A stretch of 64,000 bases of DNA from the NCBI RefSeq assembly GCF_009914755.1, contig NC_060929.1; one strand, 5' to 3'. The notes beneath the pieces were generated by a model. The model did no database searches and was not told where the DNA came from. It saw only the letters and a list, made by a program, of their open reading frames with translations. A program made the position numbers and the translations under genes. Below, piece after piece: positions 16,370 to 35,178 of the stretch. Within the stretch, counting starts at the first letter, position 1. Each line of letters opens with the position of its first letter. This DNA comes from the human T2T-CHM13v2.0 reference genome, Homo sapiens.

Positions 16370-16967
16370 CGATTATCCTTTGGTATTCTGGGGATTGGTT
16401 CCAGGACCACCCTCACATACCAAAATCCTTACACACTCAAGTCCCAAAAATCAGCCCTGCAGAACTATATATAGGAAAAGTTGGCTCTCCGTATATGCAG
16501 GTTTTGCATCCAGCAAATATGCAAATACTGTATTTTCTTTCTTTTTTTAGACATGGGGTCTAAGAGATGGGGTCTCTTAGAGACAGGGTCTCATTCTGTT
16601 TCCCACATTGGAGTGTAGTGGCCTGATCATAGCTCACTACAGACTCAAATTTCTGGGCTCAAGGGATCTTCCTGCTTCAGCCTCCTGAGTAGCTGGGACT
16701 ACAGTCATGCCATATGCAATGATCACCCAGTACATTGCTAATTTTTAAATTTTTTTGTAGCAGGGTCTTGCGATTTTGCCCAAGTTGGTCTTGAACTCCT
16801 GGGTTCAAGGGGTCCTCCCACTTTGGCTTCCCAAAGCACTGAGATTACAGGTATGAGCTACCAAGCCTGGCCCCAATACTGTATTTTCAATCTACTTTTG
16901 GTTACAGAAAATTCTGCTTTTATGTGGACCCACACAGTTCAGACCCATGCTGTTCAAGGGTCAACTA
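16370..16967. mobile_element. MER8 (TcMar-Tigger MITE) split by an AluJ
   Basis: Ends cgattatcctttggtat... / ...tgttcaagggtcaacta, TA flanks. Confidence 0.82.
16538..16872 (-). mobile_element. AluJ, 14-bp TSD aatactgtattttc (16524-16537 / 16875-16888)
   Basis: Diverged dimeric Alu with J-type positions (atcatagctcact, gggctcaag). Confidence 0.9.
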
Positions 16968-17099
16968 TAGAAGTTACTTTTGTCAGCTTAAATGCCAAGA
17001 GCATTCCAGAATAGGGCTTCCCACTTCTACCTTCTCTATTTTTAAACTACTTCTATTAGAAATGACCATTTCTAGCTTGGAAGTTGAAGGCATAATTGT

Positions 17100-17297
17100 A
17101 AGAGATATCCTGCCAATTGTCTGTGTGATTTGGGGGACAGTTACTTAATTTTTATATAGTTTTATCCTCTGTAAAGTTGGAATAAAAATAGCCCCTCAAG
17201 GGATTGTCATGAAAATTAAATGTAATAAACTATTTAAATCGTGGAATTCAATAATTAACATAGAAAATAGTCAACCAATATTAGCTATTACTATTAC
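17100..17297 (+). mobile_element. MIR
   Basis: 'tgtgtgatttgggggacagttacttaa...ctgtaaagttggaataa...attagctattactatta'. Confidence 0.7.
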
Positions 17298-17505
17298 AAT
17301 AATAACAGACACTTATGTGTAAGCAGTGTGCATATATTTATTAACTAATCTTCACAAAAACTTGCTGAGGTTGGTAAGTGATGACAACCCCATTTCACTG
17401 ACAACAAAACTGAGGCACACAGAGGTTAAGTTTCCAAGGTCTTATAGCTAGTATCGAATAGAATGTTAAACCCATCAATCTGGCAGGAGTCCACCCTCTT
17501 CTCAC
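17298..17505 (-). mobile_element. MIR (tail-to-tail with the previous copy)
   Basis: 'aaactgaggcacacagaggttaagt..ccaaggtc..atagctagt'. Confidence 0.75.
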
Positions 17506-19669
17506 TTTAAGGTATAAGTAATATTTAACTTGTTCGTTCATTTCTAAACACCCAGCACACATCTATGATCTTTGTGGAAACTCAATTTAGCTTCACTAAT
17601 AAATTACTTCAGCTTCAGGCTAAGCAAACTTCTTAAATAAATCAAGTCACACTATTTATTTTGACAATAACTTCTAAAGAATAATTCAGAATATGTAGTG
17701 TCATAAACAAGGTGTATTTGTAGTAATAGGAGACAATATCAGAAAGCCTTCCTGTAGCAGAAAATCCAGGACCCAGAGTTACTGAATCTAGAGGCTAGCA
17801 ACTTGACTTTCCCCAGAGAAAGAGCCTTGGCTGTCACCATTTATCCCCAAGTCCTGCTTTCTGTCATGAGCAGAGAAGGCAAATGATTTAACCACAGAAG
17901 AGCCAAATTGTCATAGGGAGTTAGGATGACTCAAATTATGTTTTCTTATTTATTTAGAAGCCATGGAAATAAGGGTCACTGATCATGTTCAAAAGGAGAA
18001 CTTTTTGAGGGAACAATTAGCCTCAGATTCTATGCACTTTGAACCAAACACTTTTTTTCTTCTTCTAATGAGAATATTCTGTTCTCAGCTATAGCTTACA
18101 TGAACTAAAATCTTTAGTTTTCTTGTCTGTAAATTGGATATAATAATATATGCCTTATTGTTTTGCGAGATAATTTTAAGGATCAAATTTGCATTTTTTG
18201 CAAACTCTTAAGTGTTCTACAATTGTCAGGAAGTATAATCAGAGTAAATGCTTATGAGATGCAATATTAAACTGAAATTAGAGACTTTCCAGATCATAAT
18301 ACTCTAAACCATGCTCCCCCTCATGTTATTACAGATGCAAATACTAAGACCCAGTGAAGTAAACATACAAAGTACTTAGAGAGCCATCACTGCCATGTAG
18401 AATTCCATAAAAGCCCATAAGCTCTGCTAATTTAAGTATTTAAGAAGGTTAATTTCCATTCCTTCTGAGATATTAAAGAAAGAAGGTAAAAATTAAACTG
18501 AATTTTTTTAAGTTAGCTGTAATGGAGACTTGCCCTTCTTTAATAAAAAAACTGGCCATACATTCTCAATGTGATTGCCATTCTATATGAAGGAGGTCCT
18601 TTCAATAAAAAGCATCAGAGAAATCATACTCAGGATACCTAGTGAAGCCATGGATGAATTTGAGCAAACAGGGCAATGCAGGAATGCCAGAGCTAATATC
18701 TGGCACTCACTTGTTAATAACCTTCCACACTATGGAAAGAGCAGAGAGTTATGAAACTATCAAAACAATATGATTCATAAGTTAAGGAAGCCAATGCGCA
18801 TGCCACAGTATCTTTAAATGCAAAAGACAAAGGGTTTTGGTGAAAAATAAATAAAGATAAGCTGGCATAACTAAAGTTGAAGGTAACATATATATATCCA
18901 TCAAATTTGGGCAAACAATGCCAATAGAAATACTACGTGTGAAATTTGAGAGATAAATGTCTCTCTTCCATCTCAGGAAACGTTTCAGAGATTAGTGCTA
19001 TAGCTAACATACTTCAAAAAGTGGCACTTTATGATAAGGAAATTACAAAGGTTATAATGCTTTTTCATCATAACAGATAAGTAAGAAATACTACTAAGCA
19101 GGTAAAACTTAGTGTCATAATAAGTATGTGACATGTGGCTGTGTGAAGCACAAAGGAGTATTTAATCTCCAATGACACTTTTCCTGATAGTGCCAAACAA
19201 GCTGCTGTCACTGAGATCAAAATAATATTTTCAAATACCTCCAAAACTCTATTCTACAAATATCCATGAAACTTACATGAAAAATAATAAGTTTCAGGGA
19301 ATAGATGCAAAATGCAAAAGTTAACTAGACTTGCTTTGAGCTCCTGCCTGCTCATAGAGTGTGGGCAGGAAGACAAGTTATGAATTGGTTGTGGGTTCTG
19401 GAGTACCAAGGGGTGATGGCTAAAATTGCCATCACCTCCTCCATACCATCACCAATGTGTATTTTCTTCCTTGTAACTTCCAAAGCTTAGATTTTGAGCT
19501 ATGCTTAGAAATTCTGATTATGTATCATCAAAATAATAACAATAACACAGAGAAAACATCCATATGATGGATAAATGAAGCTCTAATGGAAGTGATGAAC
19601 TCATCGCAGGCAATCTTCAAATGGCAGAAACTCGGAAGGGTACTCCTACTTGCAGCATGTTGACATTTA

Positions 19670-19960
19670 TACTAGTCCATAAACAATCAATGTAAATCCA
19701 ATGTATTTTATATGCCCACCTCTGTGTCGACCACTGCAAGGGATAAAAAATACAATAGAGAATCCTCTACTTCAGCAAGTTTAAAATTGTTTGGAAAGAT
19801 CATAACTCACATCAAGAAACAACAAAAAACAATGCAAGACACAATATTGTTAAAATGTGAGGATGTGTCTCAGACCACAATGTGGGTGTTTCAGGGAACT
19901 GGAAATCAGCAAGGGCTGAAGAAGTCAAAGAAGGAAACATATACGTCAGAAACTTGAGTC
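19670..19960 (-). mobile_element. L2 3' fragment
   Basis: Antisense L2 tail-like 'aatgtattt...gcccacctctgtgtcgaccactg'. Confidence 0.45.
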
Positions 19961-20370
19961 TACATAAAGGAAGGAAAAATAAAGGGATAAATGAAGGTGA
20001 AATAAAATATTTTCTTTATCCTTAATTGACCTAAAATACAACTGTGTTTAAGGAAATGGCAGTAGCAATGTATTGGGTGATCACTGCATATGGATAAGGA
20101 AAATGAAAGACAACAATGGTGTAAAAGAGGAGAAGGAAGAATTGGGAATAATGTAAGTTTCCTGTACTACACGTGAAGCAGTAGAATGTTATTTGAAAGT
20201 AGATTTAAATTAGTTAAAAATGTGTATTATAAACTCTAGAGTATCTACAACTTTTTTAAAAAGCCTAATTGATAGGTTTAGAGAAGAGAGAAAATATGAT
20301 ACAGAATGCACAATTAAAACCAGAAATGGTAGAAAAATTGGAGAAAAAAAATAAGTACAAAACAAATTAC
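19960..20370 (+). mobile_element. Old L1 (L1MC/MD-type) ORF1-ORF2 spacer fragment
   Basis: 'ctacacgtgaagcagtagaatgttatttgaaagtagatt..attagttaaaaatgtgtattataaactctagag'. Confidence 0.7.
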
Positions 20371-20674
20371 CAATCAGGAGATGTGTGGTTTTTACGGCTT
20401 TTAGACATTACTTTAATAGTAGTTGGCAGAGTTTTTATGGTTTCTCGGGGTAACCCTTAAACACCAGTATTTGGAATACTTTGCTTGGGAGTGACAATTC
20501 TCTCACTTATTTCTCTCTTGATCATTTGTTTAATTTCTTTAGTGAGAACAGCCTTCTTCCCATGGGGTAAACACTTATTCCCATCAATGCATTGGGAAAG
20601 GATAGAGAGCTTGACTTCCACATACAGACCTTTCATTAAACCTTAGGAGATAGCAGACTATGACTGTCTAAATC

Positions 20675-20785
20675 TATTAGAACTTAAGGTCCATGTGGGT
20701 AGGAATCATGTCTGTTTTGTTCAGTCATATATCCCCAGATCCTAGAAAGGTGCTCTCCATATATGTGTGCTAAATAAATAAATCT
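20675..20785 (+). mobile_element. L2 3' end
   Basis: 'taaggtccatgtgggtaggaatcatgtctgttttgttca...atatccccag..cctagaa'. Confidence 0.7.
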
Positions 20786-20949
20786 GAAGACATTCCAACA
20801 GGCCAAAAAGAGCACTTTTTCCAACTACTTTCCCATCCTCCCTCTTGCTGCACATCCCATTCTCTACTCTCCAACCCATGCCCAGCTCCTTATAACTGGA
20901 GAGATAGAGCTGATACTTCAAATAACAAAACTACTCTCCATTTTTAAAT

Positions 20950-21190
20950 TCACTTATAGCATCAATAACTGTGTGAGATGCTTTACATGTGTACTATCTA
21001 TTCCTTACAAAAAAACCAAAAAACAACAAAAACAACAACAAAAAAAAACCAAAAAACAAAAAAACCCTGTGAGGTCCTTATTGTTATCTTAGGTTTAAAG
21101 TTGAGGATAAGTGATGAGAGGTAAAATGAGTCACTTGCCCCTAGGCCACAGCTGGAAAGTTCCAAACTAGATTTCTCTCTGCCTAGTACT
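20950..21190 (-). mobile_element. MIR with internal A/C-rich tract
   Basis: 'accctgtgaggt...gaggtaaaatgagtcacttgcccctaggccacagct'. Confidence 0.6.
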
Positions 21191-21989
21191 AGTAGTTTCA
21201 GATATATGTATAAAATCAATGTATACAGATATATGCTCATTATATATTTTATATATACACATATACATTAATGTATATATGTAAAAGGCTTTTTATATAT
21301 GTGTATATATATATAAAGGCTTTACAGATAAAATGAATTTGAGGGTGGAGAGTAAGATTTCTGTAAGATTTACAACAATAACAGAGTTTGGATACAGGTA
21401 TTAACAACAATAGCAGCTGCCAGACTATGAAGGGGAGCTAGCTGCTTGGGTGTCAATTGATGCAAATCACTGCAGCTGCTGGGACAGCTATAGCAATATC
21501 TCTGCAATGACTAAGCCAGGCTTGAAACAAGAAGGGAAAATGAAGAATGCAAATTAATCTGAATGGTTATTGATTCACAGGTTCTAATGATGATGAAGAA
21601 TAAAAGAAAAGAATAATCTGTCAAATAAAAAAATTCAATATTTGCATGGGAAAAAAATGATCTATTTTCTCTTATTACAAAACAGCAAACTCTTTACTCC
21701 AGAAATTCAGTTACTCATCATTTCCATCAGGATTGTAAACAAATGAAGTATTGTTTAAATCATGTAAACAAAAGCATATCTCTAGAATGACTAATGATGT
21801 TTGCAAGAGGAAAAGGACCAAAGTCTCCAGCCTATAATATTTTTACCATAGTTCTCATCCTATTACCTAAATAAGGCCAGTTTACAGAACAGTCCTGAAG
21901 ACCTCACATTATAAAATAGTACACACAATTCATGTTGCGAACTAAGACTGAATTTTAATTCAGGCCCACATTTCTCATTTGGCCTCAAA

Positions 21990-27281
<5,292 letters not shown>

Positions 27282-28599
27282 AAAAACTACTTCCTAACCA
27301 TGCTTGGAGGGAAATGGTAAAATGAATCATTAAGAGTTTTACTTTTTCTTTCTTCAATTTCATACAGGAAACCAAGCCAAAAACATAAGTAAATGGCAAA
27401 CTATGTAATTGACTCAGAATCAGATGGAAAACTATATTTCAATACAGTTTCTGTAATTAAGTTTCTCTCTGCCAAGAAAATATCTGAGCATATGATATGA
27501 ACCTTATCAAAGCCCAGTGAGCTGAAGTGGGGGAAGGAGGTAAAAATGTGTTGAACCTCACAGTTTTGAAAATAATATTCAAAAGAAAACTTTAAAGAAT
27601 CATTTTATTCTTATACTACATGCACAGTAGCTCAGAAGTTTTTCACTATACTAGAAACGCTAACATATTTTGAAGTTTCTTGGAACAAAGTCCCTTTTTT
27701 ATTTCAATGCTGACACATGAATATAAGAGAACTCCACCTTTCCCTTGAAAGTCTCTTGTGTACCATACCAGACTGGAAGAGTTCTAATACTGCTGAGTTC
27801 TATTCCTTTGCTAATATTAGTTTATTATCTTATAAAAGAGAGTGAAACAAACCATAAAGACTTGTCCGACTTCTAATTGAATTTTCAGGAGTGCTACATA
27901 TTAAGTGGAGTATAACTACACAGCAGCAGAGAAACTAGACTATTCTTCGGTTTAACTATAATATTCATTTTTATCTTGTCTTACTGATTAGGTTGGGACA
28001 AAAAGTACTAAAGGAAATAAGTAACTTAATATCATACAGTGGGGTTTCTTTTAGTGTAATTTCTATGAGCAAAATAATCAAATTGCAAAACACTTTTTTT
28101 AGGAAGTACATCAGATACATTATTATTACTTTTGTTTTTCTTGGTCAAATGTTTATATTTCTTTTTGCAAGTAAATATGGTTGAAGACAACTGTAGGGGA
28201 GCTTAGCTAAGAAGAACCAAGGGTTCTGGGTAAGGTACCAAGTATGACACTAATAACCTGGTGGTATATGAAGCCTAGGAGTATAAAACTATTTCTGACC
28301 TCAGAAAGAGGAAGAACCACATACGTTGTTCTTTCAATAGCAGGGTCTCCACCTCATTCTTTATTGACTGGACATAAAATGTCATATTCCTAAATTGCCT
28401 AGTAACTAAGGCAATTAAATAAGATATTAGAATTTTTAACACAGACTACATAGGGACTTTGACAAATTTTGAGATTCAAAATCAGGCATTGATTTATTTA
28501 AGCTAATCAGCATATACTCTAAGTTGATTGTCTCAGAGATGAGTAGTTCTGTCAATTCAAGTTAACTAGATACAGGCCCAGAACTTCTGTTTCACTGTT

Positions 28600-28903
28600 A
28601 CAGGGAAAGTGTACCTGTCACTATTATATAGGAACATGAGAGGATGTGATACCTGATGTTGCTATACACATCCCTGCTACTACATCAGAGGACCCGTTTA
28701 ATAACAAAGTTAACACAGAAAAGACAACAGAATTGAGTCAAGAAATTAATAGAACCATGCTCTCCTGACATGATTTGATCCCCTTGCTTTATCTAAGGCA
28801 TCTCTAGGGATTCCAAATGTCTAAGACAACAAAAAATCTTTTGCTGAAGCCATTTTGGGTTGGTTTTTCTGCTACTTGCCATTAAAATCTTTCTTATGCA
28901 TAC
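28600..28903 (+). mobile_element. Old MLT1 (J/K/L-type) LTR 3' part
   Basis: 'tttgctgaagccattttgggttggtttttctgctacttgc...ataca' terminus. Confidence 0.6.
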
Positions 28904-29384
28904 AAAAGTTTAATAAGGAAAGAATGTAAGTAAATATAGGGAAGTGGTTAGGAAATTGTTAACTGACATTTTGGTTTCTCTGATAAATTAGAAAACTAGA
29001 CCATGTGCCAAGAGTAAGATAAAAGTATAATAGCAGGAAGATTGTTTGAGTTTGTAGCCACTAAGAGAGGTATAACTGGGCAGTTATTGCAAGCCCAACT
29101 GAGATACAGGACCATGAATTTGTAGTGATACAAATTTATATAATTGTTTTATTTTTGCCCAGTAACATTCAGACTCTGGAATATAGAAACAGATTATTCA
29201 CATAGCTAGATTGTTACAAGCCTGGAGTTTCACAGGGATGGGTGAAGAAAAAAACAAAAGATAACTAAAATTTAAAGACCAGAAAAATCTAACTTAGATA
29301 AAAGAAAAAGAATTTGGAAAAGATATGTGGGAGATAGATGATTTGAGATTAAAATTTAGGTATGTTGTGAATAATAGTAAGATA

Positions 29385-29857
29385 GCTAGTATAATAATGT
29401 CTGAATAAGAAACATATAGAACACACTGGGTAATTATAGAAGTGTTTAATAAACCCACTATTCACAAATGTTTTTGCATGGGCAGGATGTATAGAAACCA
29501 TAGGAATTAACACAATTCACAAAGGATGACATCAGCAGGGTACATTTACCATACCTAAACATGAAGAGATAGGTGGAGGAAATAATTATCAGAGTCAGGA
29601 ATGGACACTTACATTGGAAGGGCCTCCTGATAATTTAGAGCAACCTTGTATGAAGGGTGCAGGGGGAATAAGTGCCCTTATTTCATTCTTTATCCTCACT
29701 CTAATCTGCTGATTCCCCATGTGTGAGCCAAACTGGAAGCCAGACAGCAAGGGGGCTCATCACTAATGGGTCCATTTAGGTTAAACACATGGGGAACAGA
29801 GAAGGGTAAAAAAGTTTGGGTGGAAGGTCCAAAGGGGTAAGCAAAAGATCCTCAGCA
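29385..29857 (-). mobile_element. LTR33-like ERVL LTR
   Basis: 'ccaaactggaagccagacagcaagggggctcat', terminal 'gaggggcaaa..ga..tccagca'-like sequence. Confidence 0.6.
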
Positions 29858-31453
29858 GAGGTTTAACATTTACAAATGGGCTGTTCTGAAGGATTGAAAG
29901 TTTCTGTATCTAATTTTAGGTAGATGACTAAAGTGGCATAGACTACATGACCACTGCAATTGATAAGGCCTGGATATTGTTAGGCTCAAAGATTGTGTGC
30001 TTGGCCAAAGCTGCTAGTGGAGGCACAGCTATGGTGAGTTTCTGCTTATTTAAAATAATATATAAGGAATTTTTAGAAAAATAAACAAACAGAGATTAGG
30101 CATACAGATGTTTTAAGGTATTGGGAAATAGACCTTTTGTTGTTTAAAGCCAGACTTTAGGTCTCAAGAGCTAGAATAGATATTAGCTAGTCACTAGAGG
30201 GTGAGATTTGTATGATATAACCACAGGCCTTATAGATCTAAATGACCTTCTACTACTCCCAACATGATTACCACTTGCTCTCTAAACTCCTTCCTGGTTG
30301 TTTTTTATATAAGCTCACATGAGAGTTATGGGTTTGAGGAATTCAGATTGTGAGTTCAACCCATGATTAGTGTATTTTGTCAGTAAACAGATAACATGGG
30401 GATAATATTTCCTGTACTAAGGTGGAAAAAAACCTCATGGAAACATTAAGACCTAAAGATTAAGAAAATTTTAAAATTAGGTGTCTCTGGAACACCTTCT
30501 CTAGGAATAGATGTTTCTCCAAGACTCAAAAAGGAAAAGAATCACACTCAAAAAATAATTTGGTCTTGATCAGTAGATCAGTAGAAAGGTGGGGAAAAAA
30601 ATCTAGTCAATGATCTACAGGAAGGATAATCTTCTCAAAAGACAAGTTAATAAAATGAATATCTAGGAAGATATGACTATGACTGGAGCAGGAAGAAATC
30701 TAATAGAAGGAAAGGAGGCTCTCAGAGAGTGCAACGCATAGCTACTCCCAACAGAAATGCATTCAGGAAACTCACCCCACTGCAGCAAGAAAGGAGGATG
30801 CAGAAGAAAATATTGTTGCTTCCTTGCAGTAGCACAGGTTATTATCTAAGCCTGGGGAATTCCAAGCTGGAGAAAAGACCAGGTTTAAACTTGGGGCACG
30901 TGGCAGAGTGTGTTGGCCCTAAGTGGGCCTCTTGGGACTCTAGCTGTGGAGGCAGCGAAGGCAGGTTCATTTACTTCAGGCATTTGCTGAGGGGGAGATA
31001 TTGATTGAGATAAATGTAGATATTAGGAAGCAACTCCCTAGGAGGAGGAATCCACAGGAATTAAAGCAGAAGAAAATAGCCACTGTAGAAAGAGCTTAAA
31101 AATCCTTTGGGATTCCATTGAAGATGGAAAACCAAAGAGCAGGAGAAGAGAGGAGAGGGAAACAGGAAGAGTTAGGGTGAAAGGGAGAGAGAGAATTATC
31201 TTTTTTAGAGGAATCCTGATTTCTTTGAGCAATGGGCTGAACCTGAGAACAGTTTTTACATTTAATATTTTTCTCTTTTCATTTTCCACTGTACAGACAT
31301 CAGGCTTTACCCTGGTTTCAATATATAGATGGAGGGAAATATTCACAGAACAGACTAGTAATTTAAGACACAAATAAATTAGTTGGAGCCAGTTAGAGAA
31401 AGGACAAGATATTATCACATAGCTCATGGCAGGTGGAAAGAATAACAAGTCCC

Positions 31454-31898
31454 TGTTTTGTCAAAGCCGTATTGACTTCAATAGGGATGGTACCATGTTT
31501 GAAAGGCTGAAGAAGAGACTTGGTGCCAGTGAAAACACATTGGGTTTATTGAGGGCACTTACATACAGAGCAGTTCAGTGGCAGCGGGCTGGACAGGAGA
31601 ACCAGAACGGCTTGTAAAAACATGCAGTTTATATAGCATTTTCACTTAGCACCCTCTCCCTAGCAACCTCCACTGACAACCTCCATTCAACCCAAACAAA
31701 GGGCCTCAATATCTTGTCTGGCCCACATCCCAGGGGATGGGCCAGAGTTTCAGATGTTTGTTCCTCATAGATAAAGAAGAAATTTCCAACTTGGTCACTC
31801 CTGAGTTTCTTAGCTCAGAACTCTGAGCACATATTCTTCTTAGATAATTCTTCTCAGGGTATGCTGAAGTTATTGCTGTCAGGTGCATCTGCTTTACA
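31454..31898 (-). mobile_element. LTR47-like ERVL solo LTR, 5-bp TSD gtccc/gtcct
   Basis: TG...CA ends; minus strand starts tgtaaagcagatgcacctgacagcaataact; AATAAA and TATA-like motifs on -. Confidence 0.82.
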
Positions 31899-32159
31899 GT
31901 CCTAGACTTTTGATCACATACAGACTCATCTTACCTGCCCTAGAGCAGTTAAAGGAAAATGTTTATAACCTTGGGGAAAGATCTGTGAAAAGGTAAAGAT
32001 GACCAAAACTTTGGAGAAGGTACATCAATATTTGACTCCTTATGAGGTGATACAGAAGTTTCCCAGGCAGCACAGTCTACCGAACCATCTTCCAAAGCTC
32101 TGAGTGGTCAATCCCCAGCAAAAATCCTTTTAATTAACTAAACATAATTTGTCACATTA

Positions 32160-32461
32160 TTTTTTTTTTTTGAGACAGTGTCTGACTCTGTCCCTGAGGC
32201 TGTAGCACAGTGGCACAATCTTCGCTCACTGCAGGCTCAACCTCCTAGGCTCAAGAGATCCTTCCACCTCAGCTTCCCAAGTAGCTGGGACTACAGGTGT
32301 GTACAACTATGCTCTGCTAATTTTTGTATTTTTTTTTTTTTTGTAGAGATGGGGTCTCACCATGTTCCATAGGCTGGTCTTGAACTCCGGGGCTCAAGTA
32401 ATCCACCAGCCTCAGCCTCCCAAAGTGCTGGGATTACAAGTGTAAGCCACCATGCTCAGCT
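32160..32461 (-). mobile_element. AluJ (Jo/Jr-type)
   Basis: Diverged dimeric Alu, poly(T) at left, J-type 'ggctcaagagatccttccacctcagc'. Confidence 0.9.
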
Positions 32462-33149
32462 TATTCTTTATAATAGTCTCAGTTCTGTATTGTTTTGGGC
32501 CACTCTTTTCATTTCTCATTAGTTTGATTTTTATTCTATTCCTAATTAGGAAATATCTGATTGTTTTAAGTCACAAAGAGTTTATGACATCAACATATTT
32601 TAGAAAGCCATAGAGAGTCTTTATATTAATTTCATTATGCTAGTGAGCTCATTTCTCCTCTTGCTGAATGTTCTTTTCATATGGCTGATCTTACATATGT
32701 AACAACACATACTGTACAATAAAAATTTTGGAAAGATAGCTTTAGCCAAATTGATGATAGTTGAAGATTATTTGAGACAAATTGAGTCCTTAAAACAAAT
32801 TATAGGAGAAACCAGAATCTTCTGACAATTATATAATTCAGGAAAATAAATAAAACTACAAATATGTAAATTGAAGATTATAAAAAATTATTGTGTCATT
32901 CAGAAATGTGAGTTGTTCTTTTTTCCCGCCACTGTCCTAGAGCAATAAATATTGGATATATCCCTTAAATGACTACCTACACAGATGTTCTTAATTTTGG
33001 TAGAATACTGGACTCACCAGGGAGGTTTATAAAATACAAAAAGGCCCAGCTTATTTTTAGAAAAAAAAAAATACTGAGGCTGTTACTTTTCCCTGAACAC
33101 AATTTTATTACAACACCTATTTTTATATTTATCTTTTAAAATTTCATCT

Positions 33150-33280
33150 TTTTATTCTTATTTAATGCATGTTTCCTCTAACTCCTAAGCCCTTTGAGGT
33201 CTGGGACTTATTTGTCTTTGTATATTCAATGACTGCTATATAAAGGCTATTTAATACATTTTTATTGTATGAATACATAA
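33150..33280 (+). mobile_element. L2 3' end
   Basis: 'taagccctttgaggtctgggactta.ttgtctttgtat...atttttattgtatgaat'. Confidence 0.55.
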
Positions 33281-33807
33281 TAACCACAATGCTTAGAGGT
33301 ACATTTCTGTTGCAATTCAAAATTAGAGAGCATGGCTTCTGGCTTTTGGCATGTGTTAGTACCCTGCTTACCTCCCATCAAGTGAGGTACCTGAACTTCC
33401 TTAGCAGACCGAAATCAAATATTGTCCTCTCTCTGAAGTGTGCTTAGGATCACAAAAAAGTCAATGGAATGAGCTAATGTCTGTTTCTCCAATTGTCTTG
33501 GATATTCTAGAAATTATGATTTTCAATGACTTGAGGCTCTGTATTCACTATATATGCCTCAAATTTCATAATCTACTTTTCAGGTTTTGTTTGCAAAAAA
33601 CTACAAATGCTTATGCTTTTATTAACTCAGCATCACTAAAGATAATCAAATTCAAATTTTTCTTTTCACCAAGGGGAACAATGTGATTTTCAGATACACT
33701 AAATTTCCAGCCTAAGTAGATGTTGCTTCATATATTGTAAATGAGTGTTTGTTTATTCATATACTCATAGACATAGATAGATGACAGATAGGTAGATAGA
33801 TAGATAG

Positions 33808-34185
33808 CGTACTAGTCTGTTCTCACACTGCTATAAAGAACTATCTGAGACTGGGCACTTTATAAAGAAAAGAGGTTTAATTGACTTATAGTTCCACAGG
33901 CTATGCAGGAGGCATGGCTGGGGAGGCCTCAGGAAATTTACAATCATAATAGAAGAGTGAAGGGGAAGCAAGCCTGTCTTCATGGTAGTCAGAGAGAAAA
34001 AGGGCAAAGGGTGAAGTGCTACATACTTGCAAACAACTAGATCTCATGAGAACTCAGTATCACAAGAACAGCAAGGGAGAAAACCGCCCCATGATCCAAT
34101 CACCTCCTGCCATGTCCCTCCCCCAACACTGGGGACTGTGATTCAACATGAGATTTGGGTGGGGACACAGACCCAAATCATATGA
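33808..34185 (-). mobile_element. MSTA MaLR solo LTR inserted in a (GATA)n tract, TSD gatag
   Basis: 'cgtactagtctgttctcacactgctataaagaacta...cccaaatcatatga'; gatag on both sides. Confidence 0.9.
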
Positions 34186-34574
34186 GATAGATGGATGGAT
34201 GGATAGATAGATATATAGGATAGATATACAGAGATATATAATTTTGAAAAATTTTACATAAAGAATGTGTTTTTTGAGTCCAAATCCAGTCTACATCTAA
34301 GAATCCAAAACTGAATAGGGAAATGCTATTCAAATTTCTAACTGGGCATATAAATTCTAGTTAAAAGAACTCAAAGCTAAGAATTAATCTAAATATTTTG
34401 TTTTCATTTATGTTAAAAATATTCTAAAATGCACTACCTCCTCCTATAAAAAGCATGACATAGTAATTGAGCTTTTAAACCCAATCATGAAAATGGTCAA
34501 AATACTTCAATACCCCAAGATCTCATCATGTCACAAAATTACACATCTAAATAATACCCTAAGGGATTAGAGTC

Positions 34575-34700
34575 CAGACCCCTCATTTTGTAGGGAAGGG
34601 CCTAGACAGTTTAAAGGACCTGCCTAAAGTTACACAGAAAGTAGGTAACAGAGCCTTGATTAAAACTTTTCTTCTCATTCCTGTTCCAGTGCTCAAAGTA
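34575..34700 (-). mobile_element. MIR fragment
   Basis: 'cctcattttgtagggaagg...gacctgcctaaagttacacag..agtaggtaacagagc'. Confidence 0.55.
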
Positions 34701-34994
34701 GAAGCAGCCTCTGGAAGTAAGAAAGGAAAGGGCCCCCATTCTCCCTTATGATTTGCACCAACCATGGCAGTTCTTGCTCAACTGATGCTGAGAAAGCTCT
34801 GAGGGGTTTGAGTTTTATTTCCCCTGCTGGCTCTACCTGCTTCGCACTCTTTCATTCCTTCCCTCTCTGTGTCTACCCTGGGAGCACAATGCCCATGTCG
34901 TAGCAGGATAGGAAGCAGAAGATGAAGGACAAAAATCTCAGGTTTCTCCTATGAAATACTAGATACTAGAAAGCACTGGAAAAAATATACTCAG

Positions 34995-35178
34995 CAGTGT
35001 TCTGAAAATGTGATCAGGACCTCCTGCTTCAGAATCACCTGCAGTGCTCAGCAAAATCAAGTGTTCAGCGCTTAGCCCACATCTCCAGAATCAGAATCTC
35101 TAAGGCACTGGACTAAGAGTTTGCATTGCTAATGAGCTCCCAGAATGTTATATGTACCCTGAAGTTTGAGAACCACAG
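34995..35178. mobile_element. MER5-type hAT-Charlie MITE
   Basis: TIRs cagtgttctgaaa / tttgagaaccacag; 'cagaatcacctg', 'gaatcagaatctct'. Confidence 0.8.

Noticed and set aside
31038-31448. 136-aa minus-strand ORF
   Set aside because: Low-complexity L/S/F composition from a purine-rich plus strand; no recognisable domain
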